Shown here in pieces: positions 25,791-38,647 of a DNA stretch of 64,000 nucleotides. The stretch is from NCBI GenBank assembly GCA_051294375.1, contig CM119268.1, positions 11,552,200 through 11,616,199 of the forward strand. Reading direction: 5' to 3'. This stretch comes from Paraspadella gotoi (lineage: Eukaryota > Animalia > Chaetognatha). A program made the position numbers and the translations under genes. The notes beneath the pieces are model-generated. The model did not search any database, had not been told where the DNA came from, and was given only the letters and a program-made list of their open reading frames with translations. Position 1 is the stretch's first letter. Each line of letters opens with the position of its first letter.

Positions 25791-28700
25791 TAGGGTGTGC
25801 CAAATGCCAAAAGTTGCTCGGATTTCAAATGAGGTTTCAGATAATATGTGGAGGACTAAAAAAAGATGTTAGGAACAATCGCTGTTTAAATAAGTTGATC
25901 ACTGGCCGTGCTACCCTGCCTTGAAGGATTTTTGGCACACCTTTCACTTCATAGTTCATTGTGTCTAAAGTAAGAAAGGTTTTTGTGTCCACTTAAATTT
26001 ATTAGTTATAAAAGTATATAAAATTAATTCAAATAAATTGTCAGATCCCAACTACCTCTGGAGGCTCAGCTGCAGCATTTACAGCATGCTGGAGGAGGTG
26101 GTAGCTATTAAAATAAAGAGTATATCTTTTGAGTGCTGATGGTACTATAAAAGGTTCCTATAAAGTTATATTCATTAACAAACCCTTTAACTAATTTCAT
26201 AACCTTTTTTTGAAAATGCAAGTATGTCTACATCCTGGAGGATACTTCTTGTAAAGTTTTTATAATTGCTTAAATTATATACAAAATATATATTTATTAA
26301 TTAGATAGTAAGACAGTTTAATCAAAATAGATAAGATAAAAGTTTTTGGTAAATCTTAAATTGATTGTATCAAGCAGCTTCTAAGGGATGCTCTTTTGAA
26401 GGATCTGAAAATTTATCTCCCACCTGCGCATCAATTAAAAAAAGAAAGTTATGTTATGCTGAAGAAATAGCTTTAATTACTGGCCAAAGATAGTTATTTT
26501 TCCAATAAAATTTTTGAACAGCAATTCTTATCAACCTGAAAGGCATTTCGATATGCTGAGGTGTGGACAAAAGGCTTGTTGCTGATAAAGCTTTCAATTA
26601 AAGAATAAAATCCTTATTTTTTATTAAAATATGGCTATATTAATGACTAGACTAATATACATTACTTCTACCGGCGTTCCTACATGCTTTTGTAGATTTT
26701 CATTGTACAGACTGTTTGAAGGATATTCTTTATTATATTTATATAATAGTTATTTTTAACATAATATGATAAAATAGATAAAGATGCAGCCTGAGTAACT
26801 AAAGAATAATATATTATAATATGAAATATCCTGTATAAGATAGCTGATTATATTTGAAATGAAATTTCCTGAAATCCTAATTTATCAATTTTAATGTGAA
26901 ATATATTGATTATAATCATTATGATTACAGATAGTTCTATCCTTCACATCAACTGTAAATGAATAATCCCAACTATAATGGAATGTTAGCAAAGTGCTGC
27001 AGACAAAATGTTACAGAGGTGTTGCGGATTCCAAGGTATGAGATGCGATCAGAAAGATCAGGATCTACAGGAGCAATAAAATGCGGAATGGAGCACAGAT
27101 GCTAGCCAGGGATATCGGTAAGGATGTGCATGCCAGTGGACACAATCATGCACTAGATAAAATTTGTGGGCAATTGTGAGGACTGTTAAAATAGAGATGT
27201 ATGAATGATGCGCGCTAGCCTGGCATAGCAAGGTGCTGGGGACCTTAGCGTCGGGACGTCATTAAGCGACGGCCTAAGATGCTCGAGCATTCGTATTATG
27301 AGATAGAGACGCGGTGCGAAATGACAGAGCTGACTAAGATTTGAGAATTTTTTTTCCCTTTTGAAACTTAGCAACTGTGAGCCATAGGAAGTGTTACAAT
27401 GTATAAACCTACTTACTCCATCGGCCTCACTCCATTGTTGTACATCGGCAATAAGTTGTTGAGTTTGCAAAGATGGTTATGATTAATAGTGGGCATACAG
27501 AAAGCGACCAGTGCTAAGTTATAATATATTAATTAATTATTAACACACTTGACGCAATTAATAACAAAGTTATTAAACCAATGGAAATAAATAATTATTT
27601 CTTTTTTATATATCGCATGAGGGAAATAAGAAGATATAATCATTGAATATATTCAAATTTATGATATTACGTCAATAACAATTTTTAAAAAACTAAAAAA
27701 CAAGCTTAAAAATATTGGATTGAGTTTTATTACAGATATTTCATTATTTATTAGATATTATTTTCTGTAGGTGAGACCTCAGGCTGAATTGTTTATCTGA
27801 TTTTATACATATTTTATGAAAAATAATATTTATTTATAGATAAGTTAAATAAGATATTTTATCCTTAAACAGTCTGTACCATGAGAAATGATAAAAGATT
27901 GTAGGCACAGAATTCCTCGGTTAGAAAGTAATTGTTGATTAGTCTATCATTTATATGGCCATAGTTTTAATAAAAAATAAGGATTTTATTCTATTTAATT
28001 GAAAGCTTTATCAGCAACATAGCCTTTGTGCCACATCCTCCAGCATATTGGAAATGCCTTTACAGGTGTGATAAAGAATGATGTTCAAAAATTTTAATTG
28101 AAAAAGTAACAGCGAGTATTGTGCGCAGCTATTAAAGCTATTTTTGATAACATAACTTTCTTTTTTTTTTAATTGATGGGGTGTGGAGATAAATTTTCAG
28201 AATCCTTTCAAAAAGAGGCTCCCATGAGAAGTTGTTGTCAATCAAATTTAAAGATTTACCAAAAACTTTTATCTTATCTATTTTGATTAAACTGTCTTAC
28301 TATCTAATTAATAATATATATTTTGTATATAATTTAAGCATTATAAAAACTGTACAAAAAGTAACCTCCAGGATGTAGACATACTTTCGTTGCATTTTCA
28401 AAAAAGGTTATGAAATTAGTTAAAGGGTTGTTAATGAATATAAATTTATAGGAACTTTTATAGTACATCAGCACTCAAAAGATATACTCTTATATTTATA
28501 GCTACCACCGTCCTCCAGCATGTTGTAAATGCTGCAGCAGAGCCTCCAGAGGTAGTTGGGGATCTGAAAATTTATTTTGAATTAACTTCATATACTTTTA
28601 CAACTAATAAATTAAGTGGACACAAAAACCTTTCTTACTTTAGACACAAAGAACTATGAAGTAAAGGTGTGCCAAAAATGCCTTCAAGGCAGGGTAGCAC

Positions 28701-28817
28701 GGCCAGTGATCAACTTATTTAAAGGCGATTGTTCCTAACAATCTTTTTTTAGGCCTCCACATATTATCGAGAACCTATTTGAAATCCGAGCAACTTTTGG
28801 CATTTGGCACCACCCTA
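25791..28817. mobile_element. 3-kb foldback/MULE-like element with ~1.05-kb terminal inverted repeats
   Basis: TAGGGTGTGCCAAATGCC start. Inverted arms ~25791-26845 and ~27722-28817 with a ~0.87-kb spacer. 9-bp TSD AAGTCACGT at 25782-25790, at 28819-28827 and, cleanly, at 32665-32673 after the gap. Confidence 0.85.
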
Positions 28818-28874
28818 GAAGTCACGTATATGCATTATACGCTAGATGGTAGATTAATACTGTAGCACACATGT

Positions 28875-31800
28875 CGTGACTTTAGGTGTGCAAATGCCAA
28901 AGTTGCTCGGATTTCAAATGAGGTCCGGATAATATGTGGAGGCTAAAAAAGATGTTAGGAACAATCGCCGTTTAAATAAGTTGATCACTGGCCGTGCTAC
29001 CCTGCTTGAAGGATTTTTGGACACCTTTCTCTTCATAGTTTATTGTGTCTAAAGTAAGAAAGGTTTTTGTGTCCACTTAAATTTATTAGTTTGTAAAAGT
29101 ATATGAAGTTAATTCAAATAAATTTTCAGATCCCAACTACCTCTGGAGGCTCTGCTGCAGCATTTACAACATGCTGTGAGGAGGTGGTAGCCTATTAAAA
29201 TAAAGAGTATATTTTTGAGTGCTGATGGTACTATAAAGGTTCTCTATAAAATTATATTCATTAACAAGCCCTTTAACTAATTTCATAACCTTTTTTTGAA
29301 AATGCAAGTATGTCTACATCCTGGAGGTTACTTTGTACAGTTTTTATAATTGCTTAAATTATATACAAAATATATATTTATTAATTAGATAGTAAGACAG
29401 TTTAATCAAAATAGATAAGATAAAAGTTTTTGGTAAATTCTTAAATTGATTGATCAACAACTTCTCATGGGAGCCTCTTTTGAAGGATTCTGAAAATTTA
29501 TCTCCACACCCCATCAATTAAAAAAAAAAGAAAGTTATGTTATCAAAAATAGCTTTAATAGCTGGCCAAATACTCGTAGTTATCTTTTTCAATTAAAATT
29601 TTTTGAACATCATTCTTTATACAACTGTAAAGGCATTTCCGATATGCTGGAGGATGTGGACAAAGGCTTGTTGCTGAAAAGCTTTCAATTAAAGAATAAA
29701 ATCCTTATTTTTGATTAAAATATGGCCATATAAATGATAGACTAATCATACAATTACTTTCTAACGCGAGGTGTGCCTACATCTTTGTAGATTCTTCATG
29801 TACAGACTGTTTAAAGGATAAAATATCTTTATTATATTATTATAAATAATATATTTTTTAACATAATATGATAAAATCAGATAAAGCAATCAGCCTGAGT
29901 CAACCTAAGAATAATATATCTAATAAATAATGAAATATCCTGTAATAAGATAGCTAAATCCATATATTTTAAAGCTTAGTTTTTTAGGTTTTTTAAAAAA
30001 TTGTTATTGAGTATCATAATTTGAATCTATTCCAAATGATTATAATTTCTTAATTTCTCTATGCTGATATATAAAAAAATAATTATTTTATTTATTGTTT
30101 AATAATTTGTTGATTATTGATCAAGTGGTTAAATAATAATTAATATATTATTAACTTAGCACTGGTCGCTGTTCTGTGCGCCCTATAATAATAACCGTCT
30201 TTTGCAAACTCAATGAATGTATTGCCGATGTACAACAATGGAGTAGGAGGGGTAGCAGTAGGTTTAATACTTTTACATCTATGGCTCCAGTTCGCTAAGT
30301 TTCAAAAAAGGGGAAAAAAAATTCAAATCTTAGTCAGCTCTGTCTTTTTGGCACCGCGTCTCTAATCTCTAAGTGCTGAATCTTAGCGCCTGTCCGCTTA
30401 ATTGACGTCCGACGCTAAGCGTCCACCCGCCCAGTGCTATGCCAGTAGCGTCGCATCATACCATCTCTTTTTACAGTCCCCACAATTTGCCCAAATTTTC
30501 ATTAGTGGCATGATGTGTCAGTGCTGGCATGCACTCCTTGACCATATCCCTGGCTGCATCTGTGTCCATGTCCGCATTTTATGCTCTGTAGCATCCTGAT
30601 TTATCTGCTGCATCTCATCCTTGGAATCCGCAACACCTCGTAACATCGTTGTCTGCAGCATCTCGTAACACATTTAGTTGTTTATTATTCATTTACAGAT
30701 TGTTTGAAGGATAGAATATCTGTATCATATGATTATAAATCAATAATATTTACTATTAAAACTTGATAAATTAGGATTTCAGAAATAATCATTTAAAATT
30801 ATATATCAGCTATCTTATTACAGGATATTTCATTATTTATTAGATATATTATTCTTAGGTTGACTCAGGCTGATTGCTTTATCTGATTTTATCATATTAT
30901 GTTAAAAAATATATTTATTTATAATAATATAATAAAGATTTTTATCCTTCAAACAGTCTGTACATGAAGAATTACAACAGATGTAGGCACACCTCGGTTA
31001 GAAGTAATTGTATGATAGTCTATCATTTATATGGCCATATTTTAATCAAAAATAAGGATTTTATTCTTTAATTGAAGCTTTATCAGCAACAAGCCTTTGT
31101 CGCACATCCTCCAGCATATCGGAAATGCCTTTACAGGTTGTATAAAGAATGCTGTTCAAAAAATTTTAATTGAAAAAGTAACTATTTGGCGCAGCTATTA
31201 AGCTATTTTTGATAACATAACTTTCTTTTTTTTTTAATTGATGGGGTGTGGAGATAAATTTTCAGAATCCTTCAAAAGAGGCTCCCATGAGAAGTTGTTG
31301 ATCAATCAATTTAAGATTTACCAAAAACTTTTATCTTATCTATTTTTATTCAACTGTCTTACTATCTAATTAATAAATATATATTTGTATATAATTAAGC
31401 AATTATAAAAAACTTTACAAGAAGTATCCTCCAGGATGTAGACATACTTGCATTTTCAAAAAAAGGTTATGAAATTAGTTAAAGGGTTTGTTAATGAATA
31501 TAACTTTATAGGAACCTTTTATAGTACCATCAGCATCAAAAGATATACTCTTTATTTTATAGCTACCACCTCCTCCAGCATGCTGTAAATGCTGCAGCTG
31601 AGCCTCCAGAGGTAGTTGGGATCTGACAATTATTTGAATTAATTTTATATACTTTTATAACTAATAAATTTAAGTGGACACAAAAACCTTTCTTACTTTA
31701 GACACAATGAACTATGAAGTGAAAGGTGTGCCAAAAATCCTTCAAGGCAGGGTAGCACGGCCAGTGATCAACTATTTAAACAGCGATTGTTCCTAACATC

Positions 31801-32600
31801 TTTTTTTAGTCCTCCACATATTATCTGAAACCTCATTTGAAAATCCGAGCAACTTTTGGCATTTGGCACACCCTAACGTGACTTGTAATCTCTGATAGGA
31901 GGCCTTTGAAATTTCCCTATACTTATGTATGTAGGGTTGGACATAAATTTTTGCAAATGTCGGAATGGAAATAAACTTATTTTGTTCGCGTGTTTAATGC
32001 TAATAAAAATTTAGTTATGATTTTTAGTATTATCATTAATAATCATTTGTCATTTTGTCTTAAACCTTTTCTTTTCTTATACATATCACGTGGGCGTGAT
32101 TATGATTAGCCAGTAAGCGTAGTGAAAGTTACATACAAAAATTCTAAAAGTCAATTATGAACAACAACCATCAGCGTGACATCATAATTTGTAAAAAAAA
32201 TTAATTTTATGTTTTTTAATTTTCGCAGTAGGCTATATTTATATATAGTACTATCTTCTTATAAAATCGAAAAAATTTCAAAATAGGCTTTTTTTAATTT
32301 GATTGCAGATTTGAATTCCTCGTCAAAAGTTGATAAAGAAAATATAATTCATTTTTAAAAATTCTTTCATTAAGTAGGTTAAAAATTAAAAAAACATATT
32401 TAATATTAATTAAAGTTAAATTTCAGTTTAAAAAATAGCTTTTTCTAATTTTTGACCCACTTAATGAAGGAATTTTTCAAAAAGAGTATATATTTCTTTT
32501 TATAAAATCTCTTTTAAATGACGAATCCAAAGATCTGCAATAAGAAAAAAAAATCTTGAAAAAACTGTTTTGGGAAATGTTTTGACAATTGAATGTTTAA
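28875..32600 (-). repeat. Inverted duplicate of ~25100-28825, probably a fold-back read or gap-fill artefact
   Basis: Reverse-complement copy of the whole foldback element plus its left flank and most of the MITE, with random indels. It ends in an N gap, after which the element's right end and flank reappear (32626-32720). Confidence 0.75.
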
Positions 32601-33185
32601 NNNNNNNNNNNNNNNNNNNNNNNNNTTTGAAATCCGAGCAACTTTTGGCATTTGGCACACCCTAAAGTCACGTATATGCATTATACGTAGAGGTAGATTA
32701 ATACTGTAACACATGTTTTTTAAGAAGCATATAGTTAGGTCGAATCTAGCATAGTACAGTATAATGAATAAAAAAAAAATTGAGAAAACATATTTACAAG
32801 AAGTCGAAACGTTTCTCTCTCTGAACAAAATACTTCACGGCGAAGGCTGTGACGCGTCTTTTGTAAGCGAATGAATTCGTGTCTGGAACCAGTGGAGGAT
32901 TTCGCAGTCGGGAGACCGGTCGCTTTGGTCGATTGACGAGGATGTCCGCCCTACTCTCCCACTTTACCGGGAATGCTCAATCCGTTATCGGGGGACGTTG
33001 GGGTCTCTTTGGAGGTCGAAAGCCGAAAGGCGGAATCCCGATCTGTTTTCTTGAGTAAACGATAGTGGTAGGCCCAGCCGACCTGGTCACCTCCCCCCTC
33101 TCCCTCCCTTCCCAATCCCCTCCCTCCTCCACCTCTCTCCCTTTCTTCCTCTAACTTTCCCCACCACCCACCCAAGCACCACTAT

Positions 33186-33950
33186 AGTGGTTACAGCTGG
33201 GTAGCGAGGCTGTATGAAATTTCTGCTGGTCCACCTTACTATGGCTTCAGAGTGTAGTGGTTACAGCTGGGTAGCGAGGCTGTATAAATTTTCTGCTGTC
33301 CACCTTACAATGGCTTCAAAGTGTAGTGGTTACAGCTGGGTAGCGAGGCTGTATAAATTTTCTGCTGTCTACCTTACTATGGCTTCAGAGTGTAGTGGTT
33401 ACAGCTGGGTAGCGAGGCTGTATGAAATTTTCTGCTGTCCACCTTACTATGGCTTCAGAGTGTAGTGGTTACAGCTGGGTAGCGAGGCTGTATGAAATTT
33501 TCTGCTGTCACCTTACTATGGCTTCAGAGTGAGTGGTTACAGCTGGTAGCGAGGCTGTATGAAATTTTCTGCTGTCCACCTTACTATGGCTTCAGAGTGT
33601 AGTGGTTACAGCTGGGTAGCGAGGCTGTATGAAATTTTCTGCTGTCCACCTTACTATGGCTTCAGAGTGTAGTGGTTACAGCTGGGTAGCGAGGCTGTAT
33701 GAAATTTTCTGCGTCCACCCTACTGATGGCTTCAGAGTGTAGTGGTTACAGCTGGGTAGCGAGGCTGTATGAATTTTCTGCTGTCCACCTTACTATGGCT
33801 TCAGAGTGTAGTGGTTACAGGCTGGGTAGCGAGGCTGTATGAAATTTTCTGCTGTCCACGCTTACTATGGCTTCAGAGTGTAGTGGTTACAGCTGGGTAG
33901 CGAGCTGTATAAATTTCTCGCTGGCCCTCTCTTACTATGGCTTCAGAGTG
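33186..33950 (+). repeat. ~70-bp tandem minisatellite, ~11 copies
   Basis: Unit GTAGTGGTTACAGCTGGGTAGCGAGGCTGTATGAAATTTTCTGCTGTCCACCTTACTATGGCTTCAGAGT. Bracketed by similar C-rich direct repeats (~33100-33170 and ~33955-34020). Confidence 0.95.
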
Positions 33951-34850
33951 CACCCCCCTCTTACTCCCCTTCCCAATCCCCTCCCTCCCTCCACCTCTCT
34001 TCCTCTATCTTTCCCCACCCTAATTAAACAACAATCTGGCTGCAGCCTCTCAAGGCAAGTCTCAAGTCTCCCATCTTAGACAGCTTTGAGAGTGAGGTTG
34101 GACGAATGCCTTTCAAGTCAAGTCGAGTGGACATCGTGGTAAACGTGTCACGTAAAACTGTGATTCTTCAGTTCTTGCAAGAAACAAACCGTGATTCCGT
34201 GACAGAAGGTAAAAAAAAAAGGTTCCAAGAAATCCGGTAAGTGTGAACGATAGAGACAGTGCGTGTCAAGAATTACATTTTCGAATTTTCTCGTGGGAAT
34301 TGAAGCGAGGAAATAGAGGGGGTAAAAGTGAGAAAGAGATAAAGGAATGAATTTTAAATTGGATCAATATAAAAAAATGAAAATGGCCACAAGTAAACCA
34401 GAGTGATCGATTTTCAGATTCCGTTCGCTGTTCTCGATTACTCGTCAGTCGTCACCTCAGTCGCTCGTTCGTCTCGTTCCTCTTTTCCTCTTTCCATTTG
34501 CTCTCGTGCCATTAATATTAATATTAATCATGTATAATTAATGTGTTCTCGTGATGTTTATTCAAATTTTGATGTTTTCGAGTGTCTGAAATCTTTGGTA
34601 CTAACTCGTAGGATATCGCTGAAGAATTTAATTTTGAAAAAAAAAAAAAACTATAATTAAAATTATTTCAACTCACAACTCTCTTCATTTATGTTTCACA
34701 ATAAAATCGCTTTTTATTGTTATTCTGTTATTCTGCTACTGATATTTTATTCTTAGGGTAACATTAAAATCACTTATTTAAAAAACAGGTATATCAAATT
34801 TGGCAAAGTGATTCGTATGGAAATGCTTGTTTCAGTATTTTCCTAAGATT

Positions 34851-36408
34851 TCACTCGGCTTGACGAAGAGCAAAATGAAGAACTAATCCCAAGTTGCAAG
34901 CTGAAAACTGAAACATCATGAAGACCTAAAATAAAGAAAAAAAATCATTATTATTATGCATTACAGTGAAAATTCAGAACGGACAAATCGCAGCTTTTTA
35001 CCATGAGTCTTTTTTTAGTTATCAGATTGATGTTAAAGGTTAAAGGTTTAAATAAAAAAGTCGAGATTAGAATCAAAAATTAGATTTCACTGCATCTTGG
35101 AACGATAGGATATTCAAATCTTTTGAATTATAGAAAGTATTAAAAACTTAGTCAATTCAATTAGCAAGAGTTATTTTTGGTAAACTTACCGTCGAAGCGA
35201 TCATTGTTGACGTTGCTGCAAGAGTCATCCAAACGGTCATTGCGAGAATCAAGAACACGCATCCAACGGAAAAATTCTGCAAAGAGAAGACGAATAAGCT
35301 TAATCCAATAATAAATCAATATTGAATCAATATTTAAAATTTTAAATTTAACGCGAGAGCCAAATTGACTGATACGGAATAATAAATAAGAATTATCTTT
35401 ATTACTCGAGAACTGTTTCATGTAGATTTAAACCGAAAACATTTTTAGAAACCTAAAAATATTAATATTAATAGGATTAGGGCATAATTAAAATTTTTAC
35501 GGGTCATTTTTCATTCCGCGCGCTGACTCGGCTTGGACTAACTTAGTAGCTTTACAATGTGATTAAAATTAATGTCATGTAAGAATAAAAAAAATAAAAA
35601 TTCGCTTCTTCTTACAGCAAGTTCTTCTAAAAAAATTAATTAGCGAATGACAGGGAAATTACTTTTTTGAGTAAACATCCTTCTTTAATGCATAAACTTT
35701 TGCTAAACGTTGGATCAAAAATAAACTCATTTCGTTCGTGATTATTTAATAAAGCTCTCTACAATAAATTCCGCTCATCATAAGTTCCGGGTTAAAGGAA
35801 TTTCTTTGTGACTCACCAAGTAGTTCCAATCCAAAAGCCCTTGGGGTTTCTTGCAGAACGAAACTAACAACGCCAGGACCGAGGAAGCAATAGCGATGAT
35901 TATGGCCGCCTCATAGAAGTTTTCCGTGCCACTTCTTGGAAGCTTGATGCCTGGGTAGATATCTTCAATTTCTGATCGGAATCCTTCGTAACATCCGAGA
36001 GCAATGATGCCAAATACCTAAGGAAGAGGAAGTTGAATACCGGCGATGGAGTAATTTTATATACCGTATATGTAAAAAAAATAGTAATTAATAGCAACTA
36101 ATACTATATTGCAATTTTTAAAAAATCAGATAGAAAATATAGACAGTAAATGGCAGCCATGGCTAAGTTAATTAGCTCTTAACTTCGTAATTTGAAAAAA
36201 AGTAAAAGCTTACATAGTGTTTTAATATAAAAGAATGCATTTAACAACAAAAAGAATTTTCCGGCTTAATCGTTCCATATTCAAATTTTAAGATACTCAC
36301 GATCGAGGCGCCTGCAGCAATTTTTGTTGAAACCTTTATGTATAAAAAAAATTAAGATTAAAAAAAATCAACTTTGATTTTATTATATCTAAGCACACTT
36401 ACAGACAT
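34851..36408 (-). CDS. Small four-transmembrane protein (133 aa), MARVEL-domain-like
   Basis: Five GT-AG exons, all phase 0: 36403-36408, 36301-36333, 35817-36017, 35190-35276, 34851-34925. Translation: MSVSTKIAAGASIVFGIIALGCYEGFRSEIEDIYPGIKLPRSGTENFYEAAIIIAIASSVLALLVSFCKKPQGLLDWNYLNFSVGCVFLILAMTVWMTLAATSTMIASTVFMMFQFSACNLGLVLHFALRQAE*. Confidence 0.72.
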
Positions 36409-36646
36409 TTTTTTTTCGCGGGAAAATTGAGCGATTTTTGGTTCAAATTCGTAAAAATTTCTTATCAAGTTTTGATTTCGCCCGTTTTTTTTAGCATTTG
36501 AACTTCCCAACGGAAGTTAAAAAAGTTTTTGAAAAAGAACTGACTCAAAGAAAACAGTTGAAATGATAGAACAAAGCGGACGCGGCGATCGAAGATCGAA
36601 GAGCAGCCACAGTTCCATGACCGTTATCGAAGAATTCCTCGCCAGA

Positions 36647-37992
36647 TAAGGGGTGAACTTAGGTAATATTTTGCCTGATTAACTGAGCAAAGTGTTACTG
36701 AAATTGCCTAGGTAAAGAAATGATTTTTCTTAATTAAGATAGGCAATTTCTGAATCAAAACATTTTGCTTATATTTATTTTTAAAGATAAATAAAACAAT
36801 ATATTTTTTTTTATTGTTTTAATTTTGTTATCAACTATATTTTCAATTTGTTATTGCTATATTTTAAGCCCAAAAATACTTTTCCCAGATGGCATGAAAT
36901 ATGAGAATCAGCTACTACCAGACCCAGAACTAATACAATTATTAAAGAAGATTAATTTATTGATAAATAAAAAAATTAACAGATAATAAAAAAAATAGTA
37001 ATAACAATAAGGATGCATACATTTAAAGAGATTTGTAATATAACATATTCAGTTGTATCCTGATATGATTGACAAGATTAAAACCTTGATCAAAGATGAT
37101 GTAAAAATGTACACAAGACTCACGTCGCCCAAAAATGTTTTGTATCTTATTTAGAATGTCAAAGCTCATTAAAATTCTTTGCAGAATATGGAAAGTAAAT
37201 ATCCTATGGATATGATTTTCAAATAAAAAAAATATAAAAAAATTCTCCTTCTATTCTGTCATCATTAACAAAGATTTTAATTCAAAGTAAAAAATGACAT
37301 TCTTGAACATACTGAAAAATGTTTATCTTAATTAAAAACAACTATATAATAGACTCCAACCCCTGTCACCAAACACCAAATACTAAACACAAACATATTT
37401 TTAGCTATTAATTTTTTTAATAAAATTATTTAATCTTTTATTAAAAATATTTGGGCTAAAACTAATTGAATTTCAATGTTGAGCAAGTTAAAGTTTTATA
37501 TTTGATAAAGATTTTGTTTAAAAATTAATACCGAAAAATATCCTATTTTGTTATTTTTTTAATTTTATATAAAAATTTGCAAAATTACTTGTTTCACTAT
37601 CTTATATTTTTATATTTTATGAATGTTTTACAATTTAAACTATATTATTTAATTATATACATATTACTTTTTAAAAATATTATTTGCTTATTATACCTAA
37701 TAACTCAGTTTGGGAGAGGGAGGTCAGTGTTGTCTTCTGGAAATAGAGGGAGCATCTATATAACACAAGGTTAGACTACAATAGAATACAAGTAGACTAC
37801 AATATTTAATTTAATATCATTTGGCTTCAAATAATTAAAGATAACATTTCCCTTTTAAATCTTAGCAAATTAGATCATAAGATGCTTTCCTCAATTAAAA
37901 ATTGCCTACTTTTATTCAGTTAACTACTAGGTAAACCAATAAATTGTCTATTACCTATTTAAGAAAAAATCTTTGCCTAAGTTCACCCCTTA
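36647..37992. mobile_element. AT-rich non-autonomous DNA transposon, MULE-like 9-bp TSD
   Basis: TAAGGGGTGAACTTAGG at 36647 and CCTAAGTTCACCCCTTA ending at 37992. Flanks CTCGCCAGA / CTCGCCGGA (one mismatch). Internal segment ~37710-37775 resembles ~8375-8440. Confidence 0.75.
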
Positions 37993-38178
37993 CTCGCCGG
38001 AGGTTCAACAATTGATAACTAGTAGAGTCTAAAGATAACAGATAACAGTCGCACCTCAAAAAAGGTGGATCTCGAAAATGAATAAACTATTAACGATAGA
38101 AAGAACCTTATAATTTTATTTTTAAATGATATGAGACCTACTTAATTTGATGAGACTATATCTAAAGTTTATGGGGTT

Positions 38179-38272
38179 TAGAGCGGTAAAGGCGTAAAGC
38201 GGTAAAGCGGTAAAACGGTAAAGCGATAAAGCGGTAAAAGGGTAAAGCGATAAAGCGATAAAGCGATAAAGC
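38179..38272 (+). repeat. 8-bp tandem repeat (AAAGCGRT)n
   Basis: About 11 degenerate copies of AAAGCGGT/AAAGCGAT. Confidence 0.85.
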
Positions 38273-38647
38273 TGATGGCGGGGTGGCTTGTTTATCACTA
38301 CTTCTACGAAGCTGAATTGATAATTTTTGTGGAGGTGGGATATAAATTGACCACATTTGGATTGGGGTTCTGTTCTGTATAACTGTAGTTTGATTAATGA
38401 GCTTGGGGTTATATCTATTACGGTTTCGATGGTTCCAAAAATGTTCCCGACTACAGGTCTTTTTTTTCTGAAAAGAAAACAGAGCAAACAAATAATTGCG
38501 GGAATGGTCGCAAAAATATCTTTTGTCAACAGTAAACGTGAACAAAAAAGGAAAATAAAAAAAAGAGATCAGGGAACAAAAAATAACGACATGATGGATG
38601 TGATAACTAGACATTGAAAATGGAATTATCGTATCCGGCTTAATATA

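Noticed and set aside
33240-33265. GTGTAGTGGTTA in the minisatellite as a tRNA D-arm or A-box
   Set aside because: No B-box or cloverleaf in the unit.
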